Positions 1-12,824 of a stretch of DNA of 64,000 nucleotides are shown piece by piece. Source of the stretch: an uncultured Spirochaetota bacterium (GTDB lineage: Bacteria > Spirochaetota > Spirochaetia > SZUA-6 > CAVTHK01). Both the position numbers and the translations under genes were made by a program. Within the stretch, counting starts at the first letter, position 1. Every line of letters starts with the position of its first letter. Location of the stretch: the NCBI GenBank assembly GCA_963734495.1, contig CAVTHK010000016.1, positions 64,001-128,000 of the forward strand. The letters run 5' to 3'. The notes beneath the pieces are model-generated. The model saw only the letters and a program-made list of their open reading frames with translations. It made no database searches and was not told the DNA's origin.

Positions 1-1056
1 CAGGCGCTCCGCGAGGATGTCGCGGACCAGCTGCGCCTCTTCCGCAACGCGAGCGCGGACATCAAGGAGAAGGTGGACGCGGCCCAGGGGAAGCTGCTCG
101 CGAAGGTCGAGGAGGAATACGGCACGGCCGCCGCGCGGATCGCGCAGATAGAGCGACAGCAGAAGGAATTCGTCGCGCAGACGCGGATCCTCGAGCAGGC
201 GGAGCGTTTCAAGCTCGACCTGGAGAAGGGCATCGACGATCTCAAGAGGGAGCTCGCGGGCCTCGAGCCGACGCGCAAGGAGCTCGCCCAGATCGACAGC
301 GACTTCAAGGGGACGCGGCGGCTGGTCGATGACGTCTCGGGGAAGCTCTCGCACTTTCTCGCGGAGAAGCGGCGCATCGACAGCCTGGACAAGGACTTCA
401 GCCGCCTGATCGGGATCTCGAAGTCGATCGACGTCAAGCTCGCCGCCGTGACGTCGACCGGCGATTCGCTCGACGAGATCCAGGTCAAGCTGCGCTCCCT
501 CGAGGGCCTGCAAGCGGAGGTCGAATCGCGCTACGAGAGGCTGGAGAAGCGGCAGGCCATCCTCGACGCGACGACGGCGGGCGTGCAGAAGAACTTCGAC
601 TCGCTCGGCGAAGTCGAGTCCAGCCTCGCCGCCGTCCGGGACGAGCTCAAGGTGCTGCCGCTCAGGATCGGCGAGATCAAGGGCGTCCTCGAGCAGCTCT
701 CCCGCGACAAGGAGAGGGCCGATTCGACGGTCGATCGCCTCGGGAAGCTCGACGAGGTGCTCCAGGACATCGAGGAGCGCATGGACCGCCTGACCAAGGC
801 ACGGGAGTGGCTCGCCAAGACGGAGACCCGCCTGGAGGCCATCGGCAAGCAGGCGCAGGACCACGTCAAGCTGTTGCGCACGCTGGTCAAGACCGACGGC
901 CTGAAAAAGGAAAAGGGCGCGCCGCCTCTCGACACCCGGCAGACCGTCATGAAGCTCGCCAACCAGGGCTGGAGCTCCCTCGAGATCGCGAGGGCGACGA
1001 GCATCAGCCTCGGCGAGGTCGAGCTGATCCTGGAGCTCACCCCGCAGAGCAAGTAG
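1..1056 (+). CDS. SpiroCoCo-family coiled-coil protein, C-terminal part (5' truncated by window)
   Basis: Frame open from base 1; long heptad coiled coil ending in an HTH-like tail ([31 protein letters not shown]) typical of large spirochaete coiled-coil proteins. Confidence 0.75.
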   Translation, partial: QALREDVADQLRLFRNASADIKEKVDAAQGKLLAKVEEEYGTAAARIAQIERQQKEFVAQTRILEQAERFKLDLEKGIDDLKRELAGLEPTRKELAQIDSDFKGTRRLVDDVSGKLSHFLAEKRRIDSLDKDFSRLIGISKSIDVKLAAVTSTGDSLDEIQVKLRSLEGLQAEVESRYERLEKRQAILDATTAGVQKNFDSLGEVESSLAAVRDELKVLPLRIGEIKGVLEQLSRDKERADSTVDRLGKLDEVLQDIEERMDRLTKAREWLAKTETRLEAIGKQAQDHVKLLRTLVKTDGLKKEKGAPPLDTRQTVMKLANQGWSSLEIARATSISLGEVELILELTPQSK

Positions 1057-1069
1057 ACGGGAGGACGCC

Positions 1070-2104
1070 ATGAAGGCTGTTGTACTGGAGAAGAAGGACC
1101 TCATCCGGATCCGCGAGATAGCCATGCCGGAGGCGATGGGTCCACGGGACGTCCGCGTCGCGATCCACACCGTGGGGATCTGCGGCAGCGACGTCCACTA
1201 CTACGAGCACGGAGCCATCGGTCAGTTCGTCGTCAAGGAGCCGATGGTGCTCGGGCACGAGGCTTCCGGAACGGTGGTGGAGGTCGGCAAGGCCGTCACG
1301 CACCTCAGAGTGGGCGATCGCGTCTGCATGGAGCCGGGAATACCCGATCCGTCGAGCCGCGCGAGCCGCCTCGGCATGTACAACCTCGACCCCGCCGTGC
1401 GCTTCTGGGCCACCCCGCCCGTGCACGGCTGCCTCGCGCCCTCCGTGGTGCATCCGGCTGACTTTACCTTCAAGCTCCCCGACAACGTGAGCTTCGGCGA
1501 GGGCGCGCTGGTCGAGCCTCTCGCCGTGGGTATGCATGCCGCGAACAAGGCCCAGATCAAGCCGGGCGACGTGGCCGTCGTGATCGGCGCCGGCACGATC
1601 GGGATCGTCACTGCCCTCGCGGCGCTCGCCGGCGGGTGCAGCTCCATCATCATGCTGGACATCAAGAAGGAGAAGCTGGCCCTGGCCGGGAAGCTCGGCC
1701 CGATCACGCCGGTGAACGTCGCCGAGACCGACGCCGATCAGGTCGTCAAGCGCCTGACCGAAGGCTGGGGCGCGAACCTCGTCTTCGAGGCGAGCGGGTC
1801 GGAAAAGGCCGCCGAACGGATGTTCGACTACCTGTGCCCCGGCGGTCGCGTGGTGTACATCGGCCTTCCGGGGGGTCCGGTGCCGTTCGACGTCGTCGCG
1901 GCGTCGGTCAAGGAGGCGAGCGTCGTCACCATCTTCCGGTACGCCCACGTGTACCCGCGAGCGCTCGCCCTGATGGGGTCCGGAAAGATCGACGTGAAGC
2001 CGCTGATCACGGACACCTTCGCCTTCGCAGACAGCGTCAAGGCGTTCGACTACGCGCGCAGGCCGAAGCCGACTTCGATCAAGGCGCAGATCGTCCTGGG
2101 TTGA
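1070..2104 (+). CDS. Zn-dependent NAD(P) polyol dehydrogenase (sorbitol/xylitol dehydrogenase family)
   Basis: [14 protein letters not shown] and GAGTIG motifs; RBS GGGAGG upstream. Confidence 0.9.
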   Translation: MKAVVLEKKDLIRIREIAMPEAMGPRDVRVAIHTVGICGSDVHYYEHGAIGQFVVKEPMVLGHEASGTVVEVGKAVTHLRVGDRVCMEPGIPDPSSRASRLGMYNLDPAVRFWATPPVHGCLAPSVVHPADFTFKLPDNVSFGEGALVEPLAVGMHAANKAQIKPGDVAVVIGAGTIGIVTALAALAGGCSSIIMLDIKKEKLALAGKLGPITPVNVAETDADQVVKRLTEGWGANLVFEASGSEKAAERMFDYLCPGGRVVYIGLPGGPVPFDVVAASVKEASVVTIFRYAHVYPRALALMGSGKIDVKPLITDTFAFADSVKAFDYARRPKPTSIKAQIVLG

Positions 2105-2164
2105 AGGACGGCCGGCGCCGGCGGAGCCGGCACCTGCCCGTGACGCGCGAAACGGACCCCGGCC

Positions 2165-2283
2165 CCGGCGGGTACGCCGGACCAGCCTGCGGCCTGCGGC
2201 CACAGGCAAGGGCGCATGGCGGTGCCGGGCCACCCCGCGCTGCGCGCGGGCCTTCGGGGTCCATCCCCGGCGAGTACGCCGGG
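2165..2283. repeat. Two CG-RGTA-CG hairpins (REP-like intergenic element)
   Basis: CCGGCG-GGTA-CGCCGG at 2165-2180 and CCCGGCG-AGTA-CGCCGGG at 2266-2283; same core as the array at 16327-16484. Confidence 0.65.
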
Positions 2284-2325
2284 CTGGGGCACGCGGCGCG
2301 GACGCCGCGCCGATGTGCTTGAACC

Positions 2326-2355
2326 TTGACATGTTTCGAAAGGGCTGATTATTTT
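2326..2355 (+). promoter_or_regulatory. Candidate sigma70 promoter of grpE-dnaK-dnaJ
   Basis: TTGACA-N18-TATTTT in an AT-rich patch 30 nt before the grpE ATG. Confidence 0.55.
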
Positions 2356-2385
2356 AGTTCGACGAATACACTAACAGGGGTTTGC

Positions 2386-3039
2386 ATGTCGAAGAGAGAC
2401 GAAAAGGGGGTGGTGTCTGAGGAGGCGTCGCTCCCGGCCAAGGCGCCCACGGACCCGGGGGGAAGGGCGCAGGAGGCCGAGGCGGCCAAGGAGACCGGAC
2501 GCGAGGGTAAAGTTGAGACCGCCGAAGGCGGCGAGGACAGAATCGCGGCGCTGGAGCGGGAGATCGCCGACCTCAAGGACCAGCTGTTGCGGCGGGCCGC
2601 GGACTACGAGAACTTTCGAAAGCGCATGGCCAGGGAGCGCGAGGACGCGGTCAAATACGCCAATCAAATGCTGCTTCTCGACCTCGTGCCCGTGATCGAC
2701 GGTTTCGAGCGGGCGATCATGTCCGCGGAATCGTCGAGGGAGTTCGAGAAGCTGCACGACGGGATCGTGTTGATCGAGCGGCAGCTCACCGCCATGCTCG
2801 AGAAGAAATGGGAGCTTAAGAGATTTGAGTCGAAGGGGCATGCTTTCGACCCGGAGCGGCACCACGCCATCGCGGCGGAGGAACGGCCCGGCGTAGAAGC
2901 GGCCACCGTCGTCGAGGAATATCAAAAGGGCTATCTCTTCCGCGACAGGGTGCTCAGGCCGGCCAGCGTAAAGGTCGCGCAGCCCGGGCCGCGGGAGAGC
3001 AAAGAACAGAATAGCATGCAGAACAAAGAGGAGACATAG
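2386..3039 (+). CDS. grpE: Nucleotide exchange factor GrpE
   Basis: [22 protein letters not shown] and [19 protein letters not shown] motifs; directly upstream of dnaK. Confidence 0.95.
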   Translation: MSKRDEKGVVSEEASLPAKAPTDPGGRAQEAEAAKETGREGKVETAEGGEDRIAALEREIADLKDQLLRRAADYENFRKRMAREREDAVKYANQMLLLDLVPVIDGFERAIMSAESSREFEKLHDGIVLIERQLTAMLEKKWELKRFESKGHAFDPERHHAIAAEERPGVEAATVVEEYQKGYLFRDRVLRPASVKVAQPGPRESKEQNSMQNKEET

Positions 3040-5049
<2,010 letters not shown>

Positions 5050-5064
5050 TAGAGTGGCGGTCAC

Positions 5065-6198
5065 TTGGCCAAGCGGGATTACTATGACGTCCTCGGGGTC
5101 GGAAAGGGCGCCTCGAAGGACGAGATAAAAAAAGCCTATCGCAAGCTCGCCATCCAGTTCCATCCCGACCGCAACCCCGGCGACAAGGGATCGGAAGAGA
5201 AGTTCAAGGAGGCGACGGAAGCCTACGAGGTCCTGGGCGACGACCCCAAGAGGCAGGCCTACGACCAGTTCGGCTTCGCGGGGGTCGAGGGGATGGGCGG
5301 CGCCGCGCCGCAGGACTTCTCCACCGTCTTCCGGGATTTCGAGGACATCTTCGGGGACTTCTCCGGGATCTTCGACTCTTTTTTCGGCGGCAGCGGCCGC
5401 CGCCGCCGCGGTTCGCAGTCGAGCGCGCGCCGGGGAGCCGACCTCCGCTACGACCTGGAGCTTCCGTTCGAGCAGGCGGTCTTCGGCACTTCGGTCGAGA
5501 TCGCGTATGCCCGCAGCGAGACCTGCGCGGAGTGCAAGGGTTCCGGCGGTGCCGGGGGCAGCCGGCGCACCGTGTGCCCGACCTGCGGCGGCAGCGGACA
5601 GGTGCGCCGCAGCTCGGGCTTCTTTTCGATCGCGACCACGTGCCCGAGCTGCAACGGCGAGGGCGAGGTCATCGAGAGGCCCTGCGCGAACTGCGGCGGC
5701 GCAGGCGTGGTCAAGTCCCGGCGGAAGCTGCGTGTCACGATCCCGGCGGGGATCGAGAGCGGCAAGCGCATCAGCATCGCCGGCCAGGGCGACTCGGGCG
5801 CGCTCGGCGGCCCGGCCGGCAACCTGTACGTCTACGTCCACACCCTCCCCCACAAGTATTTCGAGCGGCAGGGGTCGGACCTCTACTGCATGATCCCGAT
5901 CTCGTTCACGCAGGCGGCCCTTGGCGCCGACCTCAACGTGCGCGCTCTCGACGGAAAGCGCATCCGGGTCAAGATCCCGTCGGGAACGCAGAACGGACGG
6001 ATGTTGAGAGTCAAAAATGAAGGTGTCCCCGACATGAACGACACGAACCGGCGGGGAGACCTCTACGTAAAGCTGCGCGTCGACGTGCCCGCCAAGGTCA
6101 CCGGCCGCGCGCGCGACCTCCTGCGGCAGCTCGCCGAGCTCAACGGCGAGAACGACAGCCCGGACCCCCTGCTGCTCTCTGAGGTCGAGCGAAGCTAG
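5065..6198 (+). CDS. dnaJ: Chaperone DnaJ
   Basis: J domain with HPD, G/F region and four CxxCxGxG repeats; TTG start. Confidence 0.97.
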   Translation: MAKRDYYDVLGVGKGASKDEIKKAYRKLAIQFHPDRNPGDKGSEEKFKEATEAYEVLGDDPKRQAYDQFGFAGVEGMGGAAPQDFSTVFRDFEDIFGDFSGIFDSFFGGSGRRRRGSQSSARRGADLRYDLELPFEQAVFGTSVEIAYARSETCAECKGSGGAGGSRRTVCPTCGGSGQVRRSSGFFSIATTCPSCNGEGEVIERPCANCGGAGVVKSRRKLRVTIPAGIESGKRISIAGQGDSGALGGPAGNLYVYVHTLPHKYFERQGSDLYCMIPISFTQAALGADLNVRALDGKRIRVKIPSGTQNGRMLRVKNEGVPDMNDTNRRGDLYVKLRVDVPAKVTGRARDLLRQLAELNGENDSPDPLLLSEVERS

Positions 6199-6259
6199 GT
6201 CGGCCCGGGAGGCCGCGGGGGTTGTGCCCCGCCTCCGCGAGGCGCTATTCTTCGACGCG

Positions 6260-7520
6260 ATGAACGCCACGGCCGTGGCCCTGCACGCGGTGCTGCTGCT
6301 GCTCGTGCCCCTCGTCGGCTTCCCGGCGCTGCGCAGCGCGCCCTCGCGCCTCGTGTGGCCGGTGGCGGGCCTGGCGGTCCTGGTGTGCGCATCGGCCTCG
6401 ACGGCGGGTTCGCCTGCCCGCGCGATCCTCGGGATCGCGGTGGCTCTCAGCGCGGGCGGTCTCCTGGGCGGCGGTTCCCCGATGATTTCCGCCGTGGCTG
6501 CCGGGGCCTTCGTCTCCCTCGCCGCGGGCCTCGCGCTCGGGATGGAAAGGTACGCAGGCTACCTGCTGTACGCGGTCGCTACGGCGCTGCTCGTGCTGTT
6601 CGCCGCCGCGGGAAGGCTGCGCTCCCTGCGGCCGGCCGAGCGAGTCGCCTTTGGCACGGCGGCCATCGCGATCTGCGCGCCGCTGCTGGACCTGGCCGGA
6701 AGGTGGGCCTTTCAGGCGCCCTGGGCGACGCTCCCGCACGCCCTCGCGATCGTTGGCGTCGTAGCGCTCCGGCAGCCGGCTCGCCTCGATGACCAGGCCC
6801 TCGCTGTGCGCCTGCTGCGGCTCGAGCGCGAGCTCGGCTTTGCCCGCCACGCGGGCGCCGTCGCTATCGTCGCCGCGGCAGCGGTGCATGAGCTCAAGAG
6901 CCTCTTCGGCGACCTGCGCCTTGCGGCGCAGTTCGGCATCTCGAACGCCGACGCCGGGGCCAAGGACCGCGCGCTCTCGTTGATAGACGAGACGCTCTCC
7001 GAGGGGCGCGGGAGGGTGGTGCGCCTCCTCGAGGACCTGCGGCGCGGCGAGCGTGAGCCTGCCGGCACCTTTGCGGCGCGCGAGGTGCTGGAGGCCGCGG
7101 CGCGCTCGCTGCGGGACGTCTCTCCGGCGAGCGCGCCCCGGATCGCACTCGAGTGTCCGCCGGAGCTGGCGCTCGCGGCGCGGCGCGGAGAGCTCGAGCT
7201 CGCGCTGATCTGCCTGGCTCGCAACGCCCTCGCGGCGAGCGCGAGGAGGGGGGCCGGCCGAAGTGACGCTCCGCGCGGCGGCCGCGGCCGGGTCGGTGGA
7301 GATCGAGGTGATCGACGCCGCCGGCGGGCTGCCGCTGGATCTCCGCGTGGGGGTCTTCGAGCCGTCCGGGACCCCGCGCGAAGGGCTGGGCCTGCTGCTG
7401 GCGGCGAGGCTCGTGGAGCAGAACGGCGGCACGCTCGACTACCTCTCCGCGGAGGGCCGCAGCTGCTTCCGCCTCGGCGTTCCCGGTCGCGTGGACTCGA
7501 ACCGCGAGCCGCTGGTATAA
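6260..7520 (+). CDS. Membrane sensor histidine kinase-like protein (frameshift near the G run at about 7248-7253)
   Basis: About 6 hydrophobic segments, H-box VHELKSLF and N-box LARNAL; the G-box tail (VEIEVIDAAGGLP...GLGLLLAARLVEQNGG) lies in another frame ending at 7520. Confidence 0.7.
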
Positions 7521-7545
7521 TGCGGGCCGCCGGCACAGGCAAGAC

Positions 7546-8775
7546 ATGACGTTCTCACTCCTCGTCAAACCCGCGTCCGCCGACTGCAACCTCCGCTGCT
7601 CCTATTGCTTCTACTACGACCGCAAGTCTCTCTACCCGGAGACGCCGCGGCCGCGGATGACCGACGAAGTGCTCGAGCGGATGATCAGCGGCTACATGGC
7701 GACGGCGCAGCCCACCTATTCGTTCGGGTGGCAGGGCGGCGAGCCGACGCTGATGGGGGCGGACTTCTTCCAGCGGGTGACGGCGCTGCAGGAGGCTCAC
7801 GGGAGGCCGGGGGCGGTCGTGGCCAACGGGCTGCAGACGAACGCGACGCTGATCACCGACGATCTCGCCGCGCACCTCGCGCGCTACCGTTTCCTCGTCG
7901 GCGTGAGCCTCGACGGACCGGGGCCCGTCCACGACCGCTACCGCGTGAGCGTCGACGGCCGGGGGTCGCATGCCCGCGTGCTCGAGGGGCTGGAGACCTT
8001 GCGGAAGCACCGCGTCGAGTTCAACGTGCTCGTCCTGGTCACGCGGGCGAACGCGGAGCGACCGGCCGAGATCTACCGCTACCTTGTCGACCTCGGCGTG
8101 GAGTACCACCAGTACATCCCGTGCGTGGAGGTCGACGCCGCCGGGGACCTGCTGCCCTACAGCGTCGACGGCCCGCTCTGGGGCCGGTTCCTGTGCGGCA
8201 TCTTCGACGAGTGGTCGCGCGGCGACGTGCGGCGCGTGTCGGTGCGCGCCTTCGACTCGGTGCTGACCATGCTGGTCGACGGCGCGGCGAACGTCTGTCA
8301 CATGGGCACGGACTGCCGCCAGTACTTCGTCGTCGAGCACAACGGCGACGTCTACCCGTGCGATTTCTTCGTGACGAAGGACCTCAAGCTCGGCAACGTC
8401 ATGAGCGACGGCTGGGACGCGCTGGCGTCATCGCCCGTTTTCCGCGAGTTCGGGGCGCGCAAGCGGCGGTGGAACGCGGAATGCGACGCATGCCCGTTCG
8501 TGCACCTCTGCGCGGGGGACTGTCTCAAGCACCGCCTGCGGAACGGCGGGGACCCGGACCGCGCCAGCCTGCTGTGCGAGGGGTGGAAACAGTTCTACGG
8601 GAGGACGCTGCCTGCCTTCGAGGCGCTGGCGTCGGGAATCCGGCGGGAGCGGTCGGCCTCGCGGCGGCAGCTCGCTCCGCGCGCGGCCGCCGGTGTCGCG
8701 GCGGGTCCGGTCGGGCGCAACGACCCCTGCCCCTGCGGAAGCGGGCGCAAGTACAAGCACTGCTGTGGACGATAG
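7546..8775 (+). CDS. Anaerobic sulfatase-maturase family radical SAM/SPASM protein with C-terminal SEC-C motif
   Basis: CNLRCSYC, WQGGEPTL, GDVYPCD SPASM cysteines and GRNDPCPCGSGRKYKHCC; TG-TATAAT at 7514-7522 upstream. Confidence 0.92.
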   Translation: MTFSLLVKPASADCNLRCSYCFYYDRKSLYPETPRPRMTDEVLERMISGYMATAQPTYSFGWQGGEPTLMGADFFQRVTALQEAHGRPGAVVANGLQTNATLITDDLAAHLARYRFLVGVSLDGPGPVHDRYRVSVDGRGSHARVLEGLETLRKHRVEFNVLVLVTRANAERPAEIYRYLVDLGVEYHQYIPCVEVDAAGDLLPYSVDGPLWGRFLCGIFDEWSRGDVRRVSVRAFDSVLTMLVDGAANVCHMGTDCRQYFVVEHNGDVYPCDFFVTKDLKLGNVMSDGWDALASSPVFREFGARKRRWNAECDACPFVHLCAGDCLKHRLRNGGDPDRASLLCEGWKQFYGRTLPAFEALASGIRRERSASRRQLAPRAAAGVAAGPVGRNDPCPCGSGRKYKHCCGR

Positions 8776-10207
8776 ACTCCTGGCATCGCCGGCCGGCCGC
8801 GACGTCTACCTCGTCGGCATCAAGGGCACGGGCATGACCGCCCTGGCCGACATCCTCGTTTCACGGGGAGCGCGGGTGCTGGGCTCGGATACAAGCGAGA
8901 CGTTCTACACCGACGCCATCCTCCGCCGTCTGGGCATCCCGGTGCGCGAGGGCTTCTCAGCTGCCAACCTTCCCGCCCGCGTCGACCTTGTCGTCCACTC
9001 GGCGGCGTACGATCCCTCCACGCACGTGGAGCTCGTGGCGGCAAAGGAGCGCGGCCTCCCCCTGCTCAGCTACCCGGAGGCGCTCGGCGGCTTGTCGCGA
9101 ACCGCCCACTTTGTCGCGATCTCCGGAGTGCACGGCAAGTCGACGACCACGGCGATGGCCGGGACCCTCCTCATGGCCCTGGGCCTTCCGGTGACCACGC
9201 TCGTCGGCACCGAAGTGCCGGCGTTCCAGGGCCGCAGCGTGCACGTGGGAGGCGACCGGTACCTGGTCGCCGAGTCCTGCGAGTACCGGCGTCATTTTCT
9301 GAACTACGACCCGCGATGCATGGTGGTGACGAGCGCCGAGGCCGAGCACCTGGACTACTTCCGGGATCGCGCGGATGTCCTGAGCGCCTTTGTCGAGCTC
9401 GCGCAGCGGCTGCCCCGTGGCGGGACCCTCATCTACTGCGCGGACGACCGCGGCGCCGCGGAAATCGCGGACAGGGCGTCGGCGGAAAGACCCGACTGCG
9501 TCCGCGTCCCCTACGGGACGCGCGCGGCCGGTCCCTACGCCGTCGGGGACGTGACATCGTCGGCAGGCGAGCTCGCATTCGCCCTGGCGGAGGGACGCTT
9601 CCGGCTGCGCGTGCCGGGGCGGCACAACGTGCTGAACGCGGCCGCGGCGATCGCCGTGGCGCGCTACGTCGAGTCGAGGGAGGGCAGGCCGCCCGCGCCT
9701 TCGTCCGCTCTCGCCGACGCCTTGTTCTCCTTTGGCGGCACCCGGAGGCGGAGCGAGGTGGTGGGCGAGGCCGGGGGGGTGCTGTTCATCGACGACTACG
9801 GGCATCACCCGACCGAGGTCGCCGCGACGCTGGGGGCCCTGCGCGAGTTCTATCCGGGGCGCAGGCTCGTGGTCGACTTCATGTCTCACACCTATTCGAG
9901 GACACAGAAGCTCCTGGCTGAGCTCGCCGGCTCGTTCGCCGCCGCGGACCTGGTGGTGCTGCACCGGATCTATGCGTCGGCGCGGGAAAAGAATCCCGGC
10001 GGCGTGAGCGGCAAGCTTCTGTATGAGGAAACCCGCCGGCGCCACCCCGCCGTCCTCTACTACGAGGAGCCCCTCGACGCGGTCGAGCCGATGGCCGACC
10101 TGCTGCGTCGCGGTGATCTTTTCGTGACCATGGGCGCCGGGGACAACTGGAAGGTGGGCAGGGCCCTGCTGCGACGGCTCGGAGGCGACGGAGGGGAGGC
10201 GACGTGA
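8765..10207 (+). CDS. murC: UDP-N-acetylmuramate--L-alanine ligase
   Basis: VGIKGTGM, GVHGKSTTT, DDYGHHPTE, HTYSRT and TMGAGD motifs; GTG start overlapping the upstream stop (start inferred). Confidence 0.93.
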   Translation: MDDRLLASPAGRDVYLVGIKGTGMTALADILVSRGARVLGSDTSETFYTDAILRRLGIPVREGFSAANLPARVDLVVHSAAYDPSTHVELVAAKERGLPLLSYPEALGGLSRTAHFVAISGVHGKSTTTAMAGTLLMALGLPVTTLVGTEVPAFQGRSVHVGGDRYLVAESCEYRRHFLNYDPRCMVVTSAEAEHLDYFRDRADVLSAFVELAQRLPRGGTLIYCADDRGAAEIADRASAERPDCVRVPYGTRAAGPYAVGDVTSSAGELAFALAEGRFRLRVPGRHNVLNAAAAIAVARYVESREGRPPAPSSALADALFSFGGTRRRSEVVGEAGGVLFIDDYGHHPTEVAATLGALREFYPGRRLVVDFMSHTYSRTQKLLAELAGSFAAADLVVLHRIYASAREKNPGGVSGKLLYEETRRRHPAVLYYEEPLDAVEPMADLLRRGDLFVTMGAGDNWKVGRALLRRLGGDGGEAT

Positions 10208-11070
10208 AAAGCATGACCGGCTTCGGGTACGCCGAGAGCCAGAACGAGCGGATGAGCATGGCCATCGAGGTCAAGTCGTACAACCACCGGTACCTCGACG
10301 TCTTCGTGAGCCTTCCGCCGTACCTCGCCGCGCTCGAGCCGAACGTGCGCGCGCGGATCGCGGAGCGGGCGGAGCGGGGGCGGGTCGAGGTCGGGGTCCG
10401 GCTCACGGAGCTGGCCGACGACGTCCGGGTCCTCGTGGACCGCCGCGCGGCAGCCGCATACAAGGAGGCGCTCGAGACGCTCTCATCCGAGCTGGGGCTC
10501 CACGAGAAGGTGAGCCTGTCCCACCTCCTGCGCCTCGAGGGAGTGGTCAAGGCGGACCGGGTCCGCGACATGGAGGCCTACTGGGAGGCGATCGACCAGC
10601 CGCTTTCGAAGGCGCTCGATGCGTGGGAATCCGCCAGGGTCACCGAAGGGGCGGCCCTCGAGCGCGATCTCGCTTCGGCGATCGCCGCCGTCGAAGCCGA
10701 GGTCGCGGTCATCGCATCCCGCCGTGGGAGCATAGAGGCTTCGATCAAAGAAGACCTGCGGAAGCGCTTCGCCGAGATGCTCGCCGGAGAGGTCGACGAG
10801 AACCGGGTGTACACCGAGACCGCGGTGATGCTGGTCCGCTTCGACATCAACGAGGAAGTTGTCAGGCTCGGGGCCCACCTCGCCAGCTTCCGCGCCGAGA
10901 TGGCGCGCCAGACGGGAATGGGGAAGAAGCTCGATTTCGTCGCGCAGGAGCTCAACCGCGAGGTGAACACCATCGGCTCCAAGAGCATCGATCTGGAAGT
11001 GAGCTCGGCCGTGATCAGGGCCAAGGACGCCGTCGAGAGGATCCGTGAGCAGCTACGCAACATCGAGTAG
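10204..11070 (+). CDS. yicC: YicC/YloC family endoribonuclease
   Basis: MKSMTGFG, KSYNHRYLD, GKKLDF..QELNREVNTIGSKS and REQLRNIE motifs. Confidence 0.93.
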   Translation: MKSMTGFGYAESQNERMSMAIEVKSYNHRYLDVFVSLPPYLAALEPNVRARIAERAERGRVEVGVRLTELADDVRVLVDRRAAAAYKEALETLSSELGLHEKVSLSHLLRLEGVVKADRVRDMEAYWEAIDQPLSKALDAWESARVTEGAALERDLASAIAAVEAEVAVIASRRGSIEASIKEDLRKRFAEMLAGEVDENRVYTETAVMLVRFDINEEVVRLGAHLASFRAEMARQTGMGKKLDFVAQELNREVNTIGSKSIDLEVSSAVIRAKDAVERIREQLRNIE

Positions 11071-11611
11071 CGCCAGAATCGCGATCTCGGGCAAGAGCGG
11101 GTGCGGCAACTCGAGCGTGACCCGCATCGTCGGAGCGAAGCTCGGGCTGATGGTCATCAACTACACGTTCAAGAACATGGCCGCGGAGATGGGGATCTCC
11201 TTCGAGGAGCTCAGCGAGCTGGCCGAACGGGACGACCGCTTCGACCGGGAGCTGGACCGAAAGCAGGTGGAGCTCTCCGCGGCACCGGGGTGCGTGCTCG
11301 GGTCCCGTCTCGCGATCTGGCTGCTCGAGGATGCGGACCTCAAGGTCTACCTCGACGGCCCCCCGGAAGTCAGGGCCGCCCGCATCGCAAAGCGCGAATC
11401 GACAGGCTACGAGGAGACGTTCGCCCGCACCGTGTCGCGCGACAATCGCGACCGGCAGCGCTACCTCAGGCTCTACGGCATCGACATCGACCGCTTCGAG
11501 CTCGCCCACCTCGTCGTCGACACGACGCTCGGGGACCAGGACTACGTCGCCGGAGTCATCGTGCGGGCCTTCGAACAGAGGTCGGGCCGGAGGCGAGCCC
11601 GCAGGCGCTGA
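11045..11611 (+). CDS. cmk: Cytidylate kinase (short, archaeal-like (d)CMP kinase family)
   Basis: IAISGKSGCGNS P-loop, GSRLAIW and RDRQRYLRLYGID motifs. Confidence 0.85.
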   Translation: MSSYATSSSARIAISGKSGCGNSSVTRIVGAKLGLMVINYTFKNMAAEMGISFEELSELAERDDRFDRELDRKQVELSAAPGCVLGSRLAIWLLEDADLKVYLDGPPEVRAARIAKRESTGYEETFARTVSRDNRDRQRYLRLYGIDIDRFELAHLVVDTTLGDQDYVAGVIVRAFEQRSGRRRARRR

Positions 11612-11708
11612 AGCGGGGGCGGCGGCAATCGCTTCGGCAGGCGGCAGGCGGCTTTACATGACCGTGACGTCCTGTGTATACTCTCGTTCAGTCCCAAAGG
11701 AGATGAGC

Positions 11709-11900
11709 TTGGCAGTTCCCCTTGACCTTCTGATCAAGATGAAAGAACGGGTCTACGAGACGACGAGCGCCACGGTGCGCCGCGCGATCCAGATCAACCT
11801 GGCCGGCGACCCCGAGCTGGCCGCTAACAAGAACAAGATCGTCTCCCTCGCGATCAGGCAGATTCTCACCCAGAAGGTGCAGTACAGCCTCGAAGACTGA
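11709..11900 (+). CDS. rpoZ: RNA polymerase omega subunit (spirochaete type)
   Basis: [10 protein letters not shown]...[11 protein letters not shown]...[26 protein letters not shown] at 11697-11702 fits TTG 11709; own promoter TTTACA-N18-TATACT at 11653-11682. Confidence 0.75.
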   Translation: MAVPLDLLIKMKERVYETTSATVRRAIQINLAGDPELAANKNKIVSLAIRQILTQKVQYSLED

Positions 11901-11901
11901 C

Positions 11902-12807
11902 CTCCCCAATAGAGTCGTCGTTCTCTTCGGCCCCACTGGCGTCGGAAAGACGGACGCGCTCCTGGCCGTCCGCGGTGCCCGGTGGGAGGTGGTGAGCGCA
12001 GACTCGATGCAGGTCTACCGCGGCATGGACATCGGCACCGCCAAGCCGGGGTCGGACGTGCTAGCAAAGCTCCCGCATCACCTCATCGACATCGTCGACC
12101 CGGACACGCAGTTCAGCGCGGGCGAGTTCGTGAAACGGGCCGAGGAGGCCATCGCCGGAATCACCGCGCGCGGCGGAGTGCCGGTCATGAGCGGTGGGAC
12201 CGCCTTCTATATGAAGAATTTCGCGTACGGGCTGCCCGCGACGCCGCCTTCGAGCAGGGAAAGCAGGGACAAGGTGAAGGCGGACCTCCGCGAGAAGGGT
12301 CTGCCCGCGCTGTACAGCGACCTTTCGCGGATCGACCCCGCGTACGCCGCGACCATAGGCGCGCGCGACGCGTCGCGCATTTCGCGCGCCCTCGAGGTGT
12401 TCCGCGCGACGGGGAGGCCGCTGTCGAGCTTTGCCGTGCCGGGCGCGCCGCGGGGCGACTACCGCTGCCTGTTCGTCGGGCTCGAAAGGGAGCGGACTGA
12501 CCTTCAGGCGCGGATCGACCGGCGGGTCGACGCGATGCTCCAGGCGGGGCTGGCCGCCGAGGTCGAGGCGCTGCGCGCCCGCGGCTACGGGCGGTCGGAC
12601 CCTGGCATGAGGGCGATCGGTTACCGCGAGTTTTTCGAATGCGACGGCGGCCCCGAAGCCGTCGCGGGGCTCATCAAGAGGAATACGCGCCGGTATGCGA
12701 AGCGGCAGATCGTGTTCTTCCGGAGCCTTCCGGGCGTCCGGTGGATCGATGCCGACGATCTCGACTCCCTGCGCGCGACGATCGCGGAGTTCCTGAGCGG
12801 CGACTGA
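11902..12807 (+). CDS. miaA: tRNA dimethylallyltransferase (start codon unresolved)
   Basis: In-frame [14 protein letters not shown]-loop upstream of ORF 11989, then [24 protein letters not shown] and TRRYAKRQ. Confidence 0.93.
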   Translation, partial: LPNRVVVLFGPTGVGKTDALLAVRGARWEVVSADSMQVYRGMDIGTAKPGSDVLAKLPHHLIDIVDPDTQFSAGEFVKRAEEAIAGITARGGVPVMSGGTAFYMKNFAYGLPATPPSSRESRDKVKADLREKGLPALYSDLSRIDPAYAATIGARDASRISRALEVFRATGRPLSSFAVPGAPRGDYRCLFVGLERERTDLQARIDRRVDAMLQAGLAAEVEALRARGYGRSDPGMRAIGYREFFECDGGPEAVAGLIKRNTRRYAKRQIVFFRSLPGVRWIDADDLDSLRATIAEFLSGD

Positions 12808-12824
12808 CATGTCCGGCGCGCGCC

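Noticed and set aside
2354-2374. CIRCE/HrcA operator before grpE (TTAGT...ACTAA)
   Set aside because: Only 21 bp and does not match TTAGCACTC-N9-GAGTGCTAA
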